From Ruminococcus albus 7 = DSM 20455 (GTDB taxonomy: Bacteria > Bacillota > Clostridia > Oscillospirales > Ruminococcaceae), in the NCBI RefSeq assembly GCF_000179635.2, contig NC_014824.1:300001-332000 (forward strand): DNA of 32,000 nucleotides. The letters are read 5' to 3'. Both the position numbers and the translations under genes were made by a program. Shown here in pieces: positions 1 to 8,140 of the stretch. The notes under the pieces were generated by a model. It saw only the letters and a list, made by a program, of their open reading frames with translations. It searched no databases and was not told where the DNA came from. Numbering within the stretch: the first letter of the stretch is position 1; every line of letters starts with the position of its first letter.

Positions 1-1
1 T

Positions 2-517
2 GATGAATATATTCCCGAATGTTACAGGGTACTTAAACCTGACAGACAGGCATACTTCTTCACAAATTTTCTTAATCTTCAGCAGCTTATTGAAGCAGTT
101 CAGAGGTCAGGATTTAAGGTTCATAACCTTTTGGTCTGGCTGAAAAATAATGCCACACCCAACAGATGGTACATGAAAAACTGTGAGAATGTATTGTTCT
201 GCTACAAAGGAAAAGCAAAGGCTATTTCAAACTGCGGAAGTAAGACCGTACATCAGTTTGATAACATAAAGGGACCAAAACTCCATGAGACCGAAAAACC
301 CGTTGAACTGCTTAAAATGTATATAGAAAATTCCACTGAAGAAGGAGAATGGATCCTTGACCCGTTTGCGGGCTCAGGTTCGACAATGGCGGCATCGCTT
401 CTTCTGAATAGAAAGGTATTTACCTGTGAGATAGATAAAAAGTATCTTAATGTAATAAAAACCAGAGCAATATCTATCCTGAAAAGCGGAGAAGATGATA
501 GGAACTTAGTAGTTTGA
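2..517 (+). CDS. DNA methyltransferase, beta-class N6-adenine/N4-cytosine type; 5' end lies outside the window
   Basis: Reading frame is open from position 2. It carries the C-terminal AdoMet motif ILDPFAGSGST preceded by HETEKPVELL, typical of the N6_N4 MTase family. TGA stop at 515-517. Confidence 0.85.
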   Translation, partial: DEYIPECYRVLKPDRQAYFFTNFLNLQQLIEAVQRSGFKVHNLLVWLKNNATPNRWYMKNCENVLFCYKGKAKAISNCGSKTVHQFDNIKGPKLHETEKPVELLKMYIENSTEEGEWILDPFAGSGSTMAASLLLNRKVFTCEIDKKYLNVIKTRAISILKSGEDDRNLVV

Positions 518-650
518 AAAAATCAGTTTTGCGTCAGCGGTGCTGCTTTTAATAAGATAAATATTCAATTATAATATTAACAGTATCAGTTTTTGGATAC
601 TTGGAGTAAAAAAAGAGTTACTATAATAATTAAAACAGGAGGAAGTAAAA

Positions 651-1361
651 ATGGGACTAGATATGTATTTGTACAAGGTATCTACACCGGAAATAAATGA
701 GGGCGAAATTATAAATGATATACACGAAGATCCAAGATGCTCCGGTGTTAAATTTATCAACACAGATGCAGAAAATGTTCTTTGCGACACAATTAAGAAA
801 ATTGCTGTAAAATGTATTATAACAGAACGATACTATAATATGAGAAAAATCATAACGGATTATCTAATGAATTTTGATGTTTTAGAAGAAAAAGCCTCTG
901 AATACGCAGAAAAGTTCTATCAGGGCGGATCTTCCTATAGTTGCACAAAACAATCTTTTAGTCTGTATTGTGATGATAATGAAGAAGTTAAAAGAATTCT
1001 TAATAGCATCGGTAATTCAGGCGAAACGATTTTAGAAACGACACCAAGTATGACAACGAGTATCAGGTATGAAAAAGATTATGATAGAATAGTTGTTAGT
1101 TTTACTGTGAATGAAACTAATATGCACTATGAAGGTAAATACCTCATCACAAAGAATAATAAAAAATATGCTGTAATAATGAAAGAAGTCGATTATCAGC
1201 GGAAAGGACTGAATGATACCGGATGGTCGTTGCTCCCGGAAAACTGTTGTTACTGCGATGATAAAGACCTTATCTGTGAAATGACTGAAGACGGCGGACT
1301 ATCAGAGTCCTTTATGGAAAATTGGATCGACAATGAAACAGTATTCTGGCCATGGTGGTAG
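651..1361 (+). CDS. hypothetical protein (236 aa, starts MGLDMYLY)
   Basis: ORF track; RBS acaGGAGGaagtaaaaATG. Confidence 0.7.
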   Translation: MGLDMYLYKVSTPEINEGEIINDIHEDPRCSGVKFINTDAENVLCDTIKKIAVKCIITERYYNMRKIITDYLMNFDVLEEKASEYAEKFYQGGSSYSCTKQSFSLYCDDNEEVKRILNSIGNSGETILETTPSMTTSIRYEKDYDRIVVSFTVNETNMHYEGKYLITKNNKKYAVIMKEVDYQRKGLNDTGWSLLPENCCYCDDKDLICEMTEDGGLSESFMENWIDNETVFWPWW

Positions 1362-1374
1362 AAGGAGATAAACA

Positions 1375-1686
1375 ATGAATGATGTAAAAGAAGAAAAACT
1401 GGAATACTATCAATGCCTGAAACTTCTAGAATACCTCGTAGAGATCGGCTTGATACAGAAAAATCCCCAAATTCCGTCTGATATTCTCGTTTTTTGTGAG
1501 GGTAATGGAGAGGAATATCCTGAAGGATGGTATAGTGAAAATATTTTCGATGCAGCAAGAGATCTGGTCAATAAACCGGATGAACAGAGAATACTGCTTG
1601 ATGCCATCGAGGAAAAGGGATTTAAAAAGCCTGAACTTCCTAAATTTGAAACCGTAAGACTAGATGTAGAAAAATTCTTCAGCTAG
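1375..1686 (+). CDS. hypothetical protein (103 aa)
   Basis: ORF track; RBS gaAGGAGataaacaATG; tightly follows the upstream gene. Confidence 0.7.
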   Translation: MNDVKEEKLEYYQCLKLLEYLVEIGLIQKNPQIPSDILVFCEGNGEEYPEGWYSENIFDAARDLVNKPDEQRILLDAIEEKGFKKPELPKFETVRLDVEKFFS

Positions 1687-1706
1687 TATAGTAATTCATG
1701 ATTACA

Positions 1707-1735
1707 AAGCGTCTCTCTCAGGAGGACGCTTTTAT
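1707..1735 (+). terminator. intrinsic terminator, conserved cassette-terminator family
   Basis: Hairpin AGCGTCTCTCtcagGAGGACGCT followed by TTT. G-U pairs form only in the + strand RNA. Confidence 0.7.
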
Positions 1736-1775
1736 CTTTGGGGAAATTCTAGTATAATTCAGGTATAGGATTTAA

Positions 1776-1806
1776 TTGATAAACTGGAGGTCAGACAAGT
1801 TGTTGA
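1776..1806 (+). promoter_or_regulatory. conserved 5' leader hairpin (instance 1)
   Basis: ttgataaacTGGAGGTCAGACaagttgttga, 17 nt downstream of TATAAT (1753-1758). The 7 bp stem uses G-U pairs. Confidence 0.6.
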
Positions 1807-1861
1807 GATCAAATAATAAAGGTAAAAATCTATGACATAATTTCTAAACGGAGGATGAAAA

Positions 1862-2200
1862 ATGAAAATATTTACTGCTTATGATATAGACTGGGATGTT
1901 GATATTAATGAAATCTATGAAGCATTCGAAAAAATGACTATTTACGATGCAGCAAAAGAATTATGTATCACTGCAGATACGTATGCTGATATGAAAACGG
2001 TAGATAGACATGAAATTATACGTGATAAACTTTACCATAACAGAATTAATGCAGCTGAAATAGTAGGACTTCCCGATGAGGTAATAATTCCCGACTTTTT
2101 TGGATTGAAAAGCGAGAAAGATGATACTGGAGAAGTTACAGACTGGCTTTCAGACGAATATGGTTACTGCATTAATAATTACAAAGTAAAATATAGTTGA
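1862..2200 (+). CDS. hypothetical protein (112 aa)
   Basis: ORF track; RBS aaacGGAGGatgaaaaATG. Confidence 0.7.
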   Translation: MKIFTAYDIDWDVDINEIYEAFEKMTIYDAAKELCITADTYADMKTVDRHEIIRDKLYHNRINAAEIVGLPDEVIIPDFFGLKSEKDDTGEVTDWLSDEYGYCINNYKVKYS

Positions 2201-2213
2201 TTTCAATGACTCT

Positions 2214-2241
2214 AACACCTCGCTATGGCGGGGTGTATTTT
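2214..2241 (+). terminator. intrinsic terminator
   Basis: ACACCTCGCtatgGCGGGGTGT followed by ATTTT. Confidence 0.6.
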
Positions 2242-2279
2242 GTTGGTGAAGGTTTTCTTATATAATAGAATCAGATTAA

Positions 2280-2323
2280 TTGAGCGAAAATTTGGAGTCA
2301 TTAAGACCGAATATTTCGCTCAA
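2280..2323 (+). promoter_or_regulatory. conserved 5' leader hairpin (instance 2)
   Basis: TTGAGCGAAAa-tttGGAGTCattaAGACcgaat-ATTTCGCTCAA. The perfect 11 bp stem has a different sequence from other instances but the same loop motif. TATAAT at 2261-2266. Confidence 0.65.
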
Positions 2324-2359
2324 TTTCAAAATCTAACTATACTAAGGAGATTTTAAATT

Positions 2360-2896
2360 ATGGGTCAGTATTTTAAGGCAATTATGAAAACACTTAATGG
2401 AAAGAACGTTGTATTTAAAAATCCAAAAAATTATTTAAAATTAATGGAACATAGCTGGTACAAAAACACATTTGTAAATAGTATCACTGAATTGCTCTAT
2501 CATTCTCCGGCTCAAATATCATGGGTAGGAGATTATGCAGATAAAAACACTGAATCATACCGAATAGCTTATAATAAAAAGGCACAGACTATAATACCGG
2601 ATCCATCAACATTTAATCTTGACAATAAATTTCTGGTAAATCATTCAAAGAAAACATACATCGATATCAATAAATACAAAATGCTGTCTAAAGATCCTGA
2701 CGGAGAAATCGTTCACCCTCTGCCATTATTAACAGCGGAAGGAAACGGTGAAGGCGGCGGAGATTATTATTCAGAGTCACATTTTAATGATGTAGGTCTT
2801 TGGGCTATGGATCTTGTTTCTGTAGAAGATGAGATCCCAAATGGCTATTCTGAATTCGAAGTATTTTTCATAGAAAACTATTATAAAATAGGATGA
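2360..2896 (+). CDS. hypothetical protein (178 aa, starts MGQYFK)
   Basis: ORF track; RBS actAAGGAGattttaaattATG. Confidence 0.7.
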   Translation: MGQYFKAIMKTLNGKNVVFKNPKNYLKLMEHSWYKNTFVNSITELLYHSPAQISWVGDYADKNTESYRIAYNKKAQTIIPDPSTFNLDNKFLVNHSKKTYIDINKYKMLSKDPDGEIVHPLPLLTAEGNGEGGGDYYSESHFNDVGLWAMDLVSVEDEIPNGYSEFEVFFIENYYKIG

Positions 2897-3024
2897 ATGC
2901 TGTTATCCCAGATTATTTGGTCAATCGCTTCACAATTGTGGAGTGATTTTTTTATATAGTTTATACTCTTTTTTATTTATGCTTGTTTTCATATATAATA
3001 AATGTATAAAGGAGATGTACACTT

Positions 3025-3975
3025 ATGAAAATTAAAAAAATTACCATGGTGCTTTCAGTTGTGATTTCGGCGCTATTATGCTGTAATTTTGCAGGATACA
3101 GTTTTATAGAAGACGAGAACGTTCAATATACGAGTGAAAGCAATCCTGAAAGAATAAGCCCATTATCTTATAACATATCCTATTCATCAAAAGGATCATC
3201 AGACAGTTCATCCTTGAAAAAAATCAACAGTAATGATGATCCTCAAAAAGAAGAACCTGTATCTGTAATTGATATCACGGAGCCTTCTTTAAATGAAAGT
3301 TGTCAGGTTGTACCCGTTGATACCGGTGATAATGAATCTTCCTGTGATTCATCATGTGAAGAAAATAAGGAAGAAACGATTGTAGAAGAAAAAGCTCAGA
3401 AACCAGGATATACTATCATTACTGATATAATCGAGCTTGACACTTACATTTATAATCAGCTTGGCGGATCCATATATTCTTCTTCGTGATGTGGCCCGAC
3501 TTCAGCGGCCATGCTGCTGTCTTCAGAAAAAGGAATGGATATTTCTAAAGATGAGATTGTTGTAAATGCTTATGATAATGGTTTCTATTATGATGCAGGA
3601 ATAAATTTTACATCCGGAATGGGAGTCACACTAGAAAATATACAGGATCTTGTAAGCTATTACGGACAGGATTCCGAAATAGATCATTTATGGAATAATT
3701 CAAGTGAAGATATCATTTATACTATAAATGAAAAACTGAATGAAGGACACAGGCTTATATGCGGTCACAGAACTTTTAGCGGCACTCTTCATTATATAGT
3801 TATATACGGTAAATACTGTGAAAAAAACTGTATGTACTATAAAATAGTTGATCCGTGGGGCGGAACTGTTTATACTTGGGATCAGTGGACTCTTTCTGAC
3901 AGGATAATGAGTGTTGGCGGAGATGACGAATCGACTTTTGAAGGATGTGTAAAAGGATTATTGTGGCTTAAATGA
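3025..3975 (+). pseudogene. secreted papain-fold (peptidase C39-like) cysteine peptidase interrupted by one in-frame TGA (3487-3489)
   Basis: ORFs 3025-3489 and 3511-3975 are in the same frame. The sequence reads ...YNQLGGSIYSSS-TGA-CGPTSAAMLL..., giving the Gln / Cys-Gly-Pro / His (LHYIVIYG) / Asp (VDPWGG) order of C39-like peptidases. N-terminal signal peptide MKIKKITMVLSVVISALLCC. Confidence 0.6.
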
Positions 3976-4281
3976 TGGAGTGAATAATCCCGATCTGTGG
4001 CAGTACTTTTAGGACGACTTCTGAATAGTTATGTATAATTAAGCGCACTAAACTTCGATTTAGTGCGATAATACCGTGTGAAATTTAATGATGAAAAGCA
4101 ATTGCTGGAAAGCGATTCTCCTGTTCAAAACTGAAAACTTATGTAATTGCGGTTCTCATAGGAGGAAATTTTTTGTTTCGTTAGGGAAGTGCCACGAAAA
4201 TCAAAACGATAACAAAAAAAATCGGTCAATCAATAATTCATAAGAGAAAAAACGCTTTTATACTATTAGAAAATTTTTCTC

Positions 4282-4310
4282 TTGCATTATAACTTCATAT
4301 ATGTTATAAT
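4282..4310 (+). promoter_or_regulatory. sigma-70-type promoter upstream of scaffold RNA A1
   Basis: TTGCAT, 17 nt spacer, TATAAT. Confidence 0.5.
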
Positions 4311-4368
4311 GACTATAGAAAATCAATTTCATTGATCAGTAATACAGGGCGAATGATAAGCTCACGTT

Positions 4369-4507
4369 AAAATGCTGGGAGATTCGCACTTTATTTCGGG
4401 CGGCTCGGCGTCCGTAAATCGAGAAGTGCTCGTAAGTCTACAAATCTGTAGCCGAAGTAACTCTCGATAAGGTAAAAGCAATACACATTCAATCCGTGTA
4501 TTCAATT
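4369..4507 (+). ncRNA. structured scaffold RNA, copy A1 (tracrRNA/omega-RNA-like), directly upstream of CRISPR array 1
   Basis: Positions 4379-4526 differ from 13585-13732 by one nucleotide. Helices: GGGCG/CGTCC (4398-4413), ATCGAGA/TCTCGAT (4418-4424 with 4462-4468), CTACA/TGTAG (4438-4451), ATACAC/GTGTAT (4481-4501). The same architecture recurs with compensatory changes at 15853-15975. Confidence 0.6.
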
Positions 4508-4526
4508 TTATTTGTATAATTATGCA

Positions 4527-4824
4527 GATGCAATCTGTACAGGCAGGTAAATTGCGAGCAGCCATATCCTTTATCAGCCGTCCGCCGCATTCGGGGATGC
4601 AATCTGTACAGGCAGGTAAATTGCGAGGTGTAAAAGCCGTCAACATAAAAACCACTACTAGATGCAATCTGTACAGGCAGGTAAATTGCGAGAACAGACG
4701 TACAGTTTCAAGGGCGATTGAGATAGATGCAATCTGTACAGGCAGGTAAATTGCGAGAAGTCATTTGCAACAGAGATTTTATTAAAGTGGAGGATGCAAT
4801 CTGTACAGGCAAGTAAATTACAAA
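4527..4824 (+). CRISPR. mini-CRISPR array 1: 4 identical 32 nt repeats plus 1 degenerate terminal repeat, 4 spacers (37, 33, 33, 35 nt)
   Basis: Repeat GATGCAATCTGTACAGGCAGGTAAATTGCGAG at 4527, 4596, 4661 and 4726. Degenerate copy at 4793-4824. TTTGTATAAT promoter-like element at 4511-4520 immediately upstream. Confidence 0.9.
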
Positions 4825-4854
4825 AAACGAATTAAAAATTTTCCATCGAAAACC

Positions 4855-4883
4855 TTGACAGGGCCTACTTTATGATGTATAAT
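4855..4883 (+). promoter_or_regulatory. consensus sigma-70 promoter with no obvious ORF
   Basis: TTGACA, 17 nt spacer, TATAAT exactly. Followed by hairpin CTTGttaATAAGAAG...CGTCTTATctttCAAG (about 4907-4944) and a T-run near 4963-4972. Confidence 0.5.
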
Positions 4884-5010
4884 ATTATTAAAGTCAAATT
4901 AACTTGTTAATAAGAAGTACCGTTCGTCTTATCTTTCAAGTGTCATTTGGCTTTTATTTTTTTGCAATCTTTTCGGCTTCAGAAGTCTTCATATTATAAT
5001 AGTATCATAA

Positions 5011-5068
5011 CCAAGATCGTTTAACTGCCTGCAGCAATTGGAGCTGTAGAGACAAAAACAGATCTTGG
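5011..5068 (+). promoter_or_regulatory. conserved 5' leader hairpin (long-stem instance 3), followed by a T-run
   Basis: CCAAGATC...tTGGAGCTGTAGAGACAAaaaca...GATCTTGG then CTTTTTTT. TATAAT at 4994-4999. Confidence 0.5.
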
Positions 5069-5151
5069 CTTTTTTTATTGTAGTAAATTTTCTCCTATAA
5101 TAAAAATACAACATTCAAACAAATGGTAAGAAAAAGAAAGGAAATGTAAAG

Positions 5152-6264
5152 ATGAACAAATTCGGAAAGATCGTATCCTCGCTGACAGCACTGATGATAT
5201 TGGGGAGTACATTCACAGTAAATGCAGGCGCTGAAACTTTTTATACAAAAGGGGATATAAACAACAGCGGCACAGTAAATATTACGGATATCATTAAGAT
5301 AGCTTCTCATATAAAAAGCAAAAAAATGCTTAGTGAAGAGCGAAATGATATACTTGTACCGTATACAACACTCTGGGCTGCCGATGTCAACAGGGATGGA
5401 AAACTCAATATAACTGACATCACTACAATAGCGGCTCAAATAAAGAACGTAAAAAGTATTAGTAGCAGCACTAATGCATTTAAAAATGTAAGAAAACTAA
5501 CGACTCCTACCGAAACTGATATTATCGCTAGAGCACTCAGACTTACCGAAGCTAATCTCAAATACTACTCACCTAATGAGCCCAGAAAATATGATTTCAC
5601 AAAAGGAAACGACAAAGCTGAAAAAATCATCCTTAAAGAAGGAATAGACTGTTCGGGTATAATAAATTATGCTCTGGGTACACTTGGAATAGAAACAGAA
5701 GGTCTTCGTGGATCAAGCAACACTAATGCTGCACAATTTGGATATACTCCGGCAGCAACAGGTGACTGGCTCAATAAATATAACGTAATAAAGCCTGTAA
5801 AGAATGCTTATTGGATCGTTGACGGAACAAAGAAACCGATGAAAGTGCTGAAAAACGGTGTTTCTACCTCAAAACAGAAGTATTATCAGTACGGGAAGAA
5901 TAATGATATAATTCCTGTGGGTTCTATTGTCGTTGCCTTTGCTGAAGATAATAAAGGAAACCGCATGGCTAATGCAGATCATATGTGGCTGTATCTGGGC
6001 GAATACAACAATGCAAATGAAGTTAGAAAATACATAGCTTCACTGACAGATAAGGCTCCTGGGGATATTATGACCAGGATAGGCTCACAGAAGATAGGAT
6101 ATAATAGCAACAACAGCGATAATGACGGAAAACACTGGAGACTTGAAAGCACGGGTACTTGGCACGGTTTTGATAACTTCACCGGACCGCAGATAAATAA
6201 TGACCTTTGTAATAACACAAAAACACAGTATCTGATCTATGTTTTTGCCCCGCCCACTTTTTGA
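5152..6264 (+). CDS. secreted dockerin-containing NlpC/P60-family peptidase
   Basis: Signal peptide. Two dockerin repeats (GDINNSGTVNITDIIKIASHIK, ADVNRDGKLNITDITTIAAQIK). NlpC/P60-type GIDCSGIINYALG Cys motif and ADHMWLYLG His motif. Confidence 0.8.
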   Translation: MNKFGKIVSSLTALMILGSTFTVNAGAETFYTKGDINNSGTVNITDIIKIASHIKSKKMLSEERNDILVPYTTLWAADVNRDGKLNITDITTIAAQIKNVKSISSSTNAFKNVRKLTTPTETDIIARALRLTEANLKYYSPNEPRKYDFTKGNDKAEKIILKEGIDCSGIINYALGTLGIETEGLRGSSNTNAAQFGYTPAATGDWLNKYNVIKPVKNAYWIVDGTKKPMKVLKNGVSTSKQKYYQYGKNNDIIPVGSIVVAFAEDNKGNRMANADHMWLYLGEYNNANEVRKYIASLTDKAPGDIMTRIGSQKIGYNSNNSDNDGKHWRLESTGTWHGFDNFTGPQINNDLCNNTKTQYLIYVFAPPTF

Positions 6265-6276
6265 TAGCGTATAATT

Positions 6277-6294
6277 TGTGTCACGCGTGATACA
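6277..6294. repeat. palindrome family copy P1 (TGTGTCACGCGTGATACA)
   Basis: One mismatch to TGTGTCACGCGTGACACA. Lies 13 nt after the stop codon of 5152-6264. Confidence 0.8.
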
Positions 6295-6439
6295 AATAGA
6301 CCAACTAATAGAACAACTGAATGATAGCACTGGTTGGTGTATCATTTGTTCTATTGGTTGGTTTATTGTTTTTGTTTCATTTCTATGACGTATTATATCT
6401 TCTTGTATTTTCAAATATAATCTATTCAGGAATATTCAT

Positions 6440-7461
6440 CATGGTTATCCCTTTAACACACCACAGATAATTTACAATGCTGTCCAAATAAACAGACCTC
6501 AAAACTCAGAAAATATAGTATAATAGTGACAGAAACCGAAGGGAGCTGTCGCTATGTCAAAAAGATTTCCGAAACCTGAGATCACACTTGATGGGATATA
6601 CTCAAAGTTCGCAGATGAAAGCTTTTGCAAGGATTTTCTGCTTGATATCCGCTTTGAAAAGGGTTTTGCCTGCCCGTTTTGCGGTGGCTCTGAGTACCGC
6701 AGGATAAGGTCACGCCATCTGCTGCGATGCAAGTTCTGTAAAGCAGATATATCCGCCACAAACGGAACTTTTATGCACAGAACACATATTCCGCTCAGAC
6801 TGTGGATAGTCACCGCATTCCTCATTATGAGCAACAAATGCAGCGTTTCTGCTGTTACGCTGATGAGGTCTTTGGGGGTGACCTACAAGACTGCATGGTA
6901 CATCCTTCATCGCATCAGAAAAGCTATGAAATGCCGTGAAGAACGCTATTTGCTTGACGGGATCGTTGAACTTGATGACACGTATCTCGGTGCTCCGACT
7001 CACGGTAAAAAGCGTGGCAGAGGAACTGAAAAAGTCAAGATGATAGTAGCTTTGTCAAAGAACGCAGCAGGAAATCCCGAGTACGTTAAAATGAGCGATG
7101 TGCCGAATTTAAAGGGTATAACTGTTGGTAGATTTGCCAGGGATAATATCCGCGCAGGCTCGAAGATCGAGAGTGATAATGCTCGAAGTTACAAGAAACC
7201 GTTGGCACAGAAATACTTCCATGTTTTTGAAACATATGATCCGACAAGCGGTCAGCTGAACTGGATGCATAAAGTTATATCAAACTTCAAAGCAATGATC
7301 ATGGGAACTTACCACGGAAACGAAAAGATCCACACAGCGTTATATGCTGCCGAATACTGCTACAAATTCAACCGTCGTAAGCTGGGAAACAGTGCGTATT
7401 TAAGGCTTTTGGCTGCTTTGGTGCAGTGATCTTACTTGTGGTGTGTTAAAGGGATAACCAT
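6440..7461 (+). mobile_element. IS1595-family insertion sequence with target-site duplication
   Basis: 24 bp terminal inverted repeats ATGGTTATCCCTTTAACACACCAC (6441-6464; reverse complement at 7438-7461). Flanked by direct repeat AATATTCAT (6431-6439 and 7462-7470). Confidence 0.85.
6554..7429 (+). CDS. IS1595-family (ISXO2-like) DDE transposase
   Basis: N-terminal zinc-ribbon CPFCGG...CKFC, then IPLRLWIVTAFLIMSNK and VELDDTYLG, as in IS1595 transposases. Confidence 0.8.
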   Translation: MSKRFPKPEITLDGIYSKFADESFCKDFLLDIRFEKGFACPFCGGSEYRRIRSRHLLRCKFCKADISATNGTFMHRTHIPLRLWIVTAFLIMSNKCSVSAVTLMRSLGVTYKTAWYILHRIRKAMKCREERYLLDGIVELDDTYLGAPTHGKKRGRGTEKVKMIVALSKNAAGNPEYVKMSDVPNLKGITVGRFARDNIRAGSKIESDNARSYKKPLAQKYFHVFETYDPTSGQLNWMHKVISNFKAMIMGTYHGNEKIHTALYAAEYCYKFNRRKLGNSAYLRLLAALVQ

Positions 7462-7469
7462 AATATTCA

Positions 7470-7500
7470 TTGATAGCTTGGAGGTCAGACAAGTTGTTGA
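7470..7500 (+). promoter_or_regulatory. conserved 5' leader hairpin (instance 4)
   Basis: ttgatagctTGGAGGTCAGACaagttgttga. Its promoter (TATAAT 6414-6419) is displaced about 1 kb by the IS1595 insertion. Confidence 0.6.
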
Positions 7501-7550
7501 TAATACTTTCAAAATACATATCGAAGAAGATAAAAAGGAGCTTAAGAATT

Positions 7551-8138
7551 ATGAACGAAGTAAAAAACGAAATATCTGAATGGAAGGGATATTCTTTTGA
7601 ATTCAGAAATGACGCATATGAAGTCAAGGTACGTAATCTTGAAATCGAACAGGATGAATACACTGTTTTTCTTTATGCAGATGATATCAAAGTGGAGAGA
7701 AACGGCAGTGAGATGACAGAAAAAGATTTTGGAACGACGTGGTCGGGACGGAAAATGACAGAAAAAGATTTGCTGCAGCAGTCACTTGCTCTTTACGTCA
7801 ACGGTGTGAAAGATTTTTCTATGCATGAAAGTCTGGACGAATTGGATATCGTATATAATAAGCTACATGAAAAGGGAAGAATCAAAGATATTAATGAAGC
7901 TTATCTTACTCCGGATGGTCACATCTTGCATCTTCAGTTTGTAACTGAAAACAGTATCGGTTATGTAGGAGTTGATGATCTTTGTGTTGCCATTCGTGCA
8001 GATACAAAAGAGTCTATCACAGATATTGAATTCTTCTACGAACAATTGGTATACGACCTTGTGAAGGAAAATACAGCATTCATTTATCAGACCGAGGAGT
8101 TAAAGGAATGGATCAAAACTTTCGAAACGGAGGAATAA
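7551..8138 (+). CDS. hypothetical protein (195 aa)
   Basis: ATG at 7551 with RBS aaAAGGAGcttaagaattATG. The longer ORF-track start at 7470 runs through the leader motif. Confidence 0.65.
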   Translation: MNEVKNEISEWKGYSFEFRNDAYEVKVRNLEIEQDEYTVFLYADDIKVERNGSEMTEKDFGTTWSGRKMTEKDLLQQSLALYVNGVKDFSMHESLDELDIVYNKLHEKGRIKDINEAYLTPDGHILHLQFVTENSIGYVGVDDLCVAIRADTKESITDIEFFYEQLVYDLVKENTAFIYQTEELKEWIKTFETEE

Positions 8139-8140
8139 AC

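Noticed and set aside
3487-3489. TGA reassigned genome-wide (genetic code 4 or 25), which would make the peptidase gene intact.
   Set aside because: Many well-supported genes in this window terminate with TGA at the expected ends (515-517, 2198-2200, 2894-2896, 3973-3975), so TGA is a normal stop here. I also saw no convincing SECIS-like hairpin just downstream.
4362-4667. Minus-strand ORF (101 aa) sharing a long identical peptide with the minus-strand ORF at 13568-13813, which could look like a duplicated small gene.
   Set aside because: Both lie antisense across the duplicated scaffold RNA and run into the CRISPR repeats. They have no RBS. The conservation is explained by the 148 nt RNA-level duplication, whose G-U pairs favour the + strand.
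4527-4824. Self-targeting: spacers of either array matching the palindromes, leader motifs or IS ends within this window.
   Set aside because: Reading all six spacers against both strands by eye, I found no convincing match in the window. This is only a visual check and needs a proper search.
5021-5040. TTTAACTGCCTGCAGCAATTGG is partly complementary to repeat 1 (CAGGCAGGTAAA plus CAAT), which suggests a tracrRNA anti-repeat downstream of array 1.
   Set aside because: It sits in the loop of the leader hairpin of the 5152 cassette, which has its own inner CAGC/GCTG stem. Complementarity is about 16 of 22 positions with gaps. No equivalent exists for array 2. It is most likely chance or a decayed inverted repeat fragment.
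7470-7550. ORF-track start at 7470 for the 7551-8138 gene. The same issue applies to starts at 8108, 8704, 17766, 24136, 25793 and 27892.
   Set aside because: These upstream extensions use non-ATG or RBS-less starts and overlap leader motifs or upstream genes. Internal ATGs with GGAGG-type RBS at 5-10 nt fit better.
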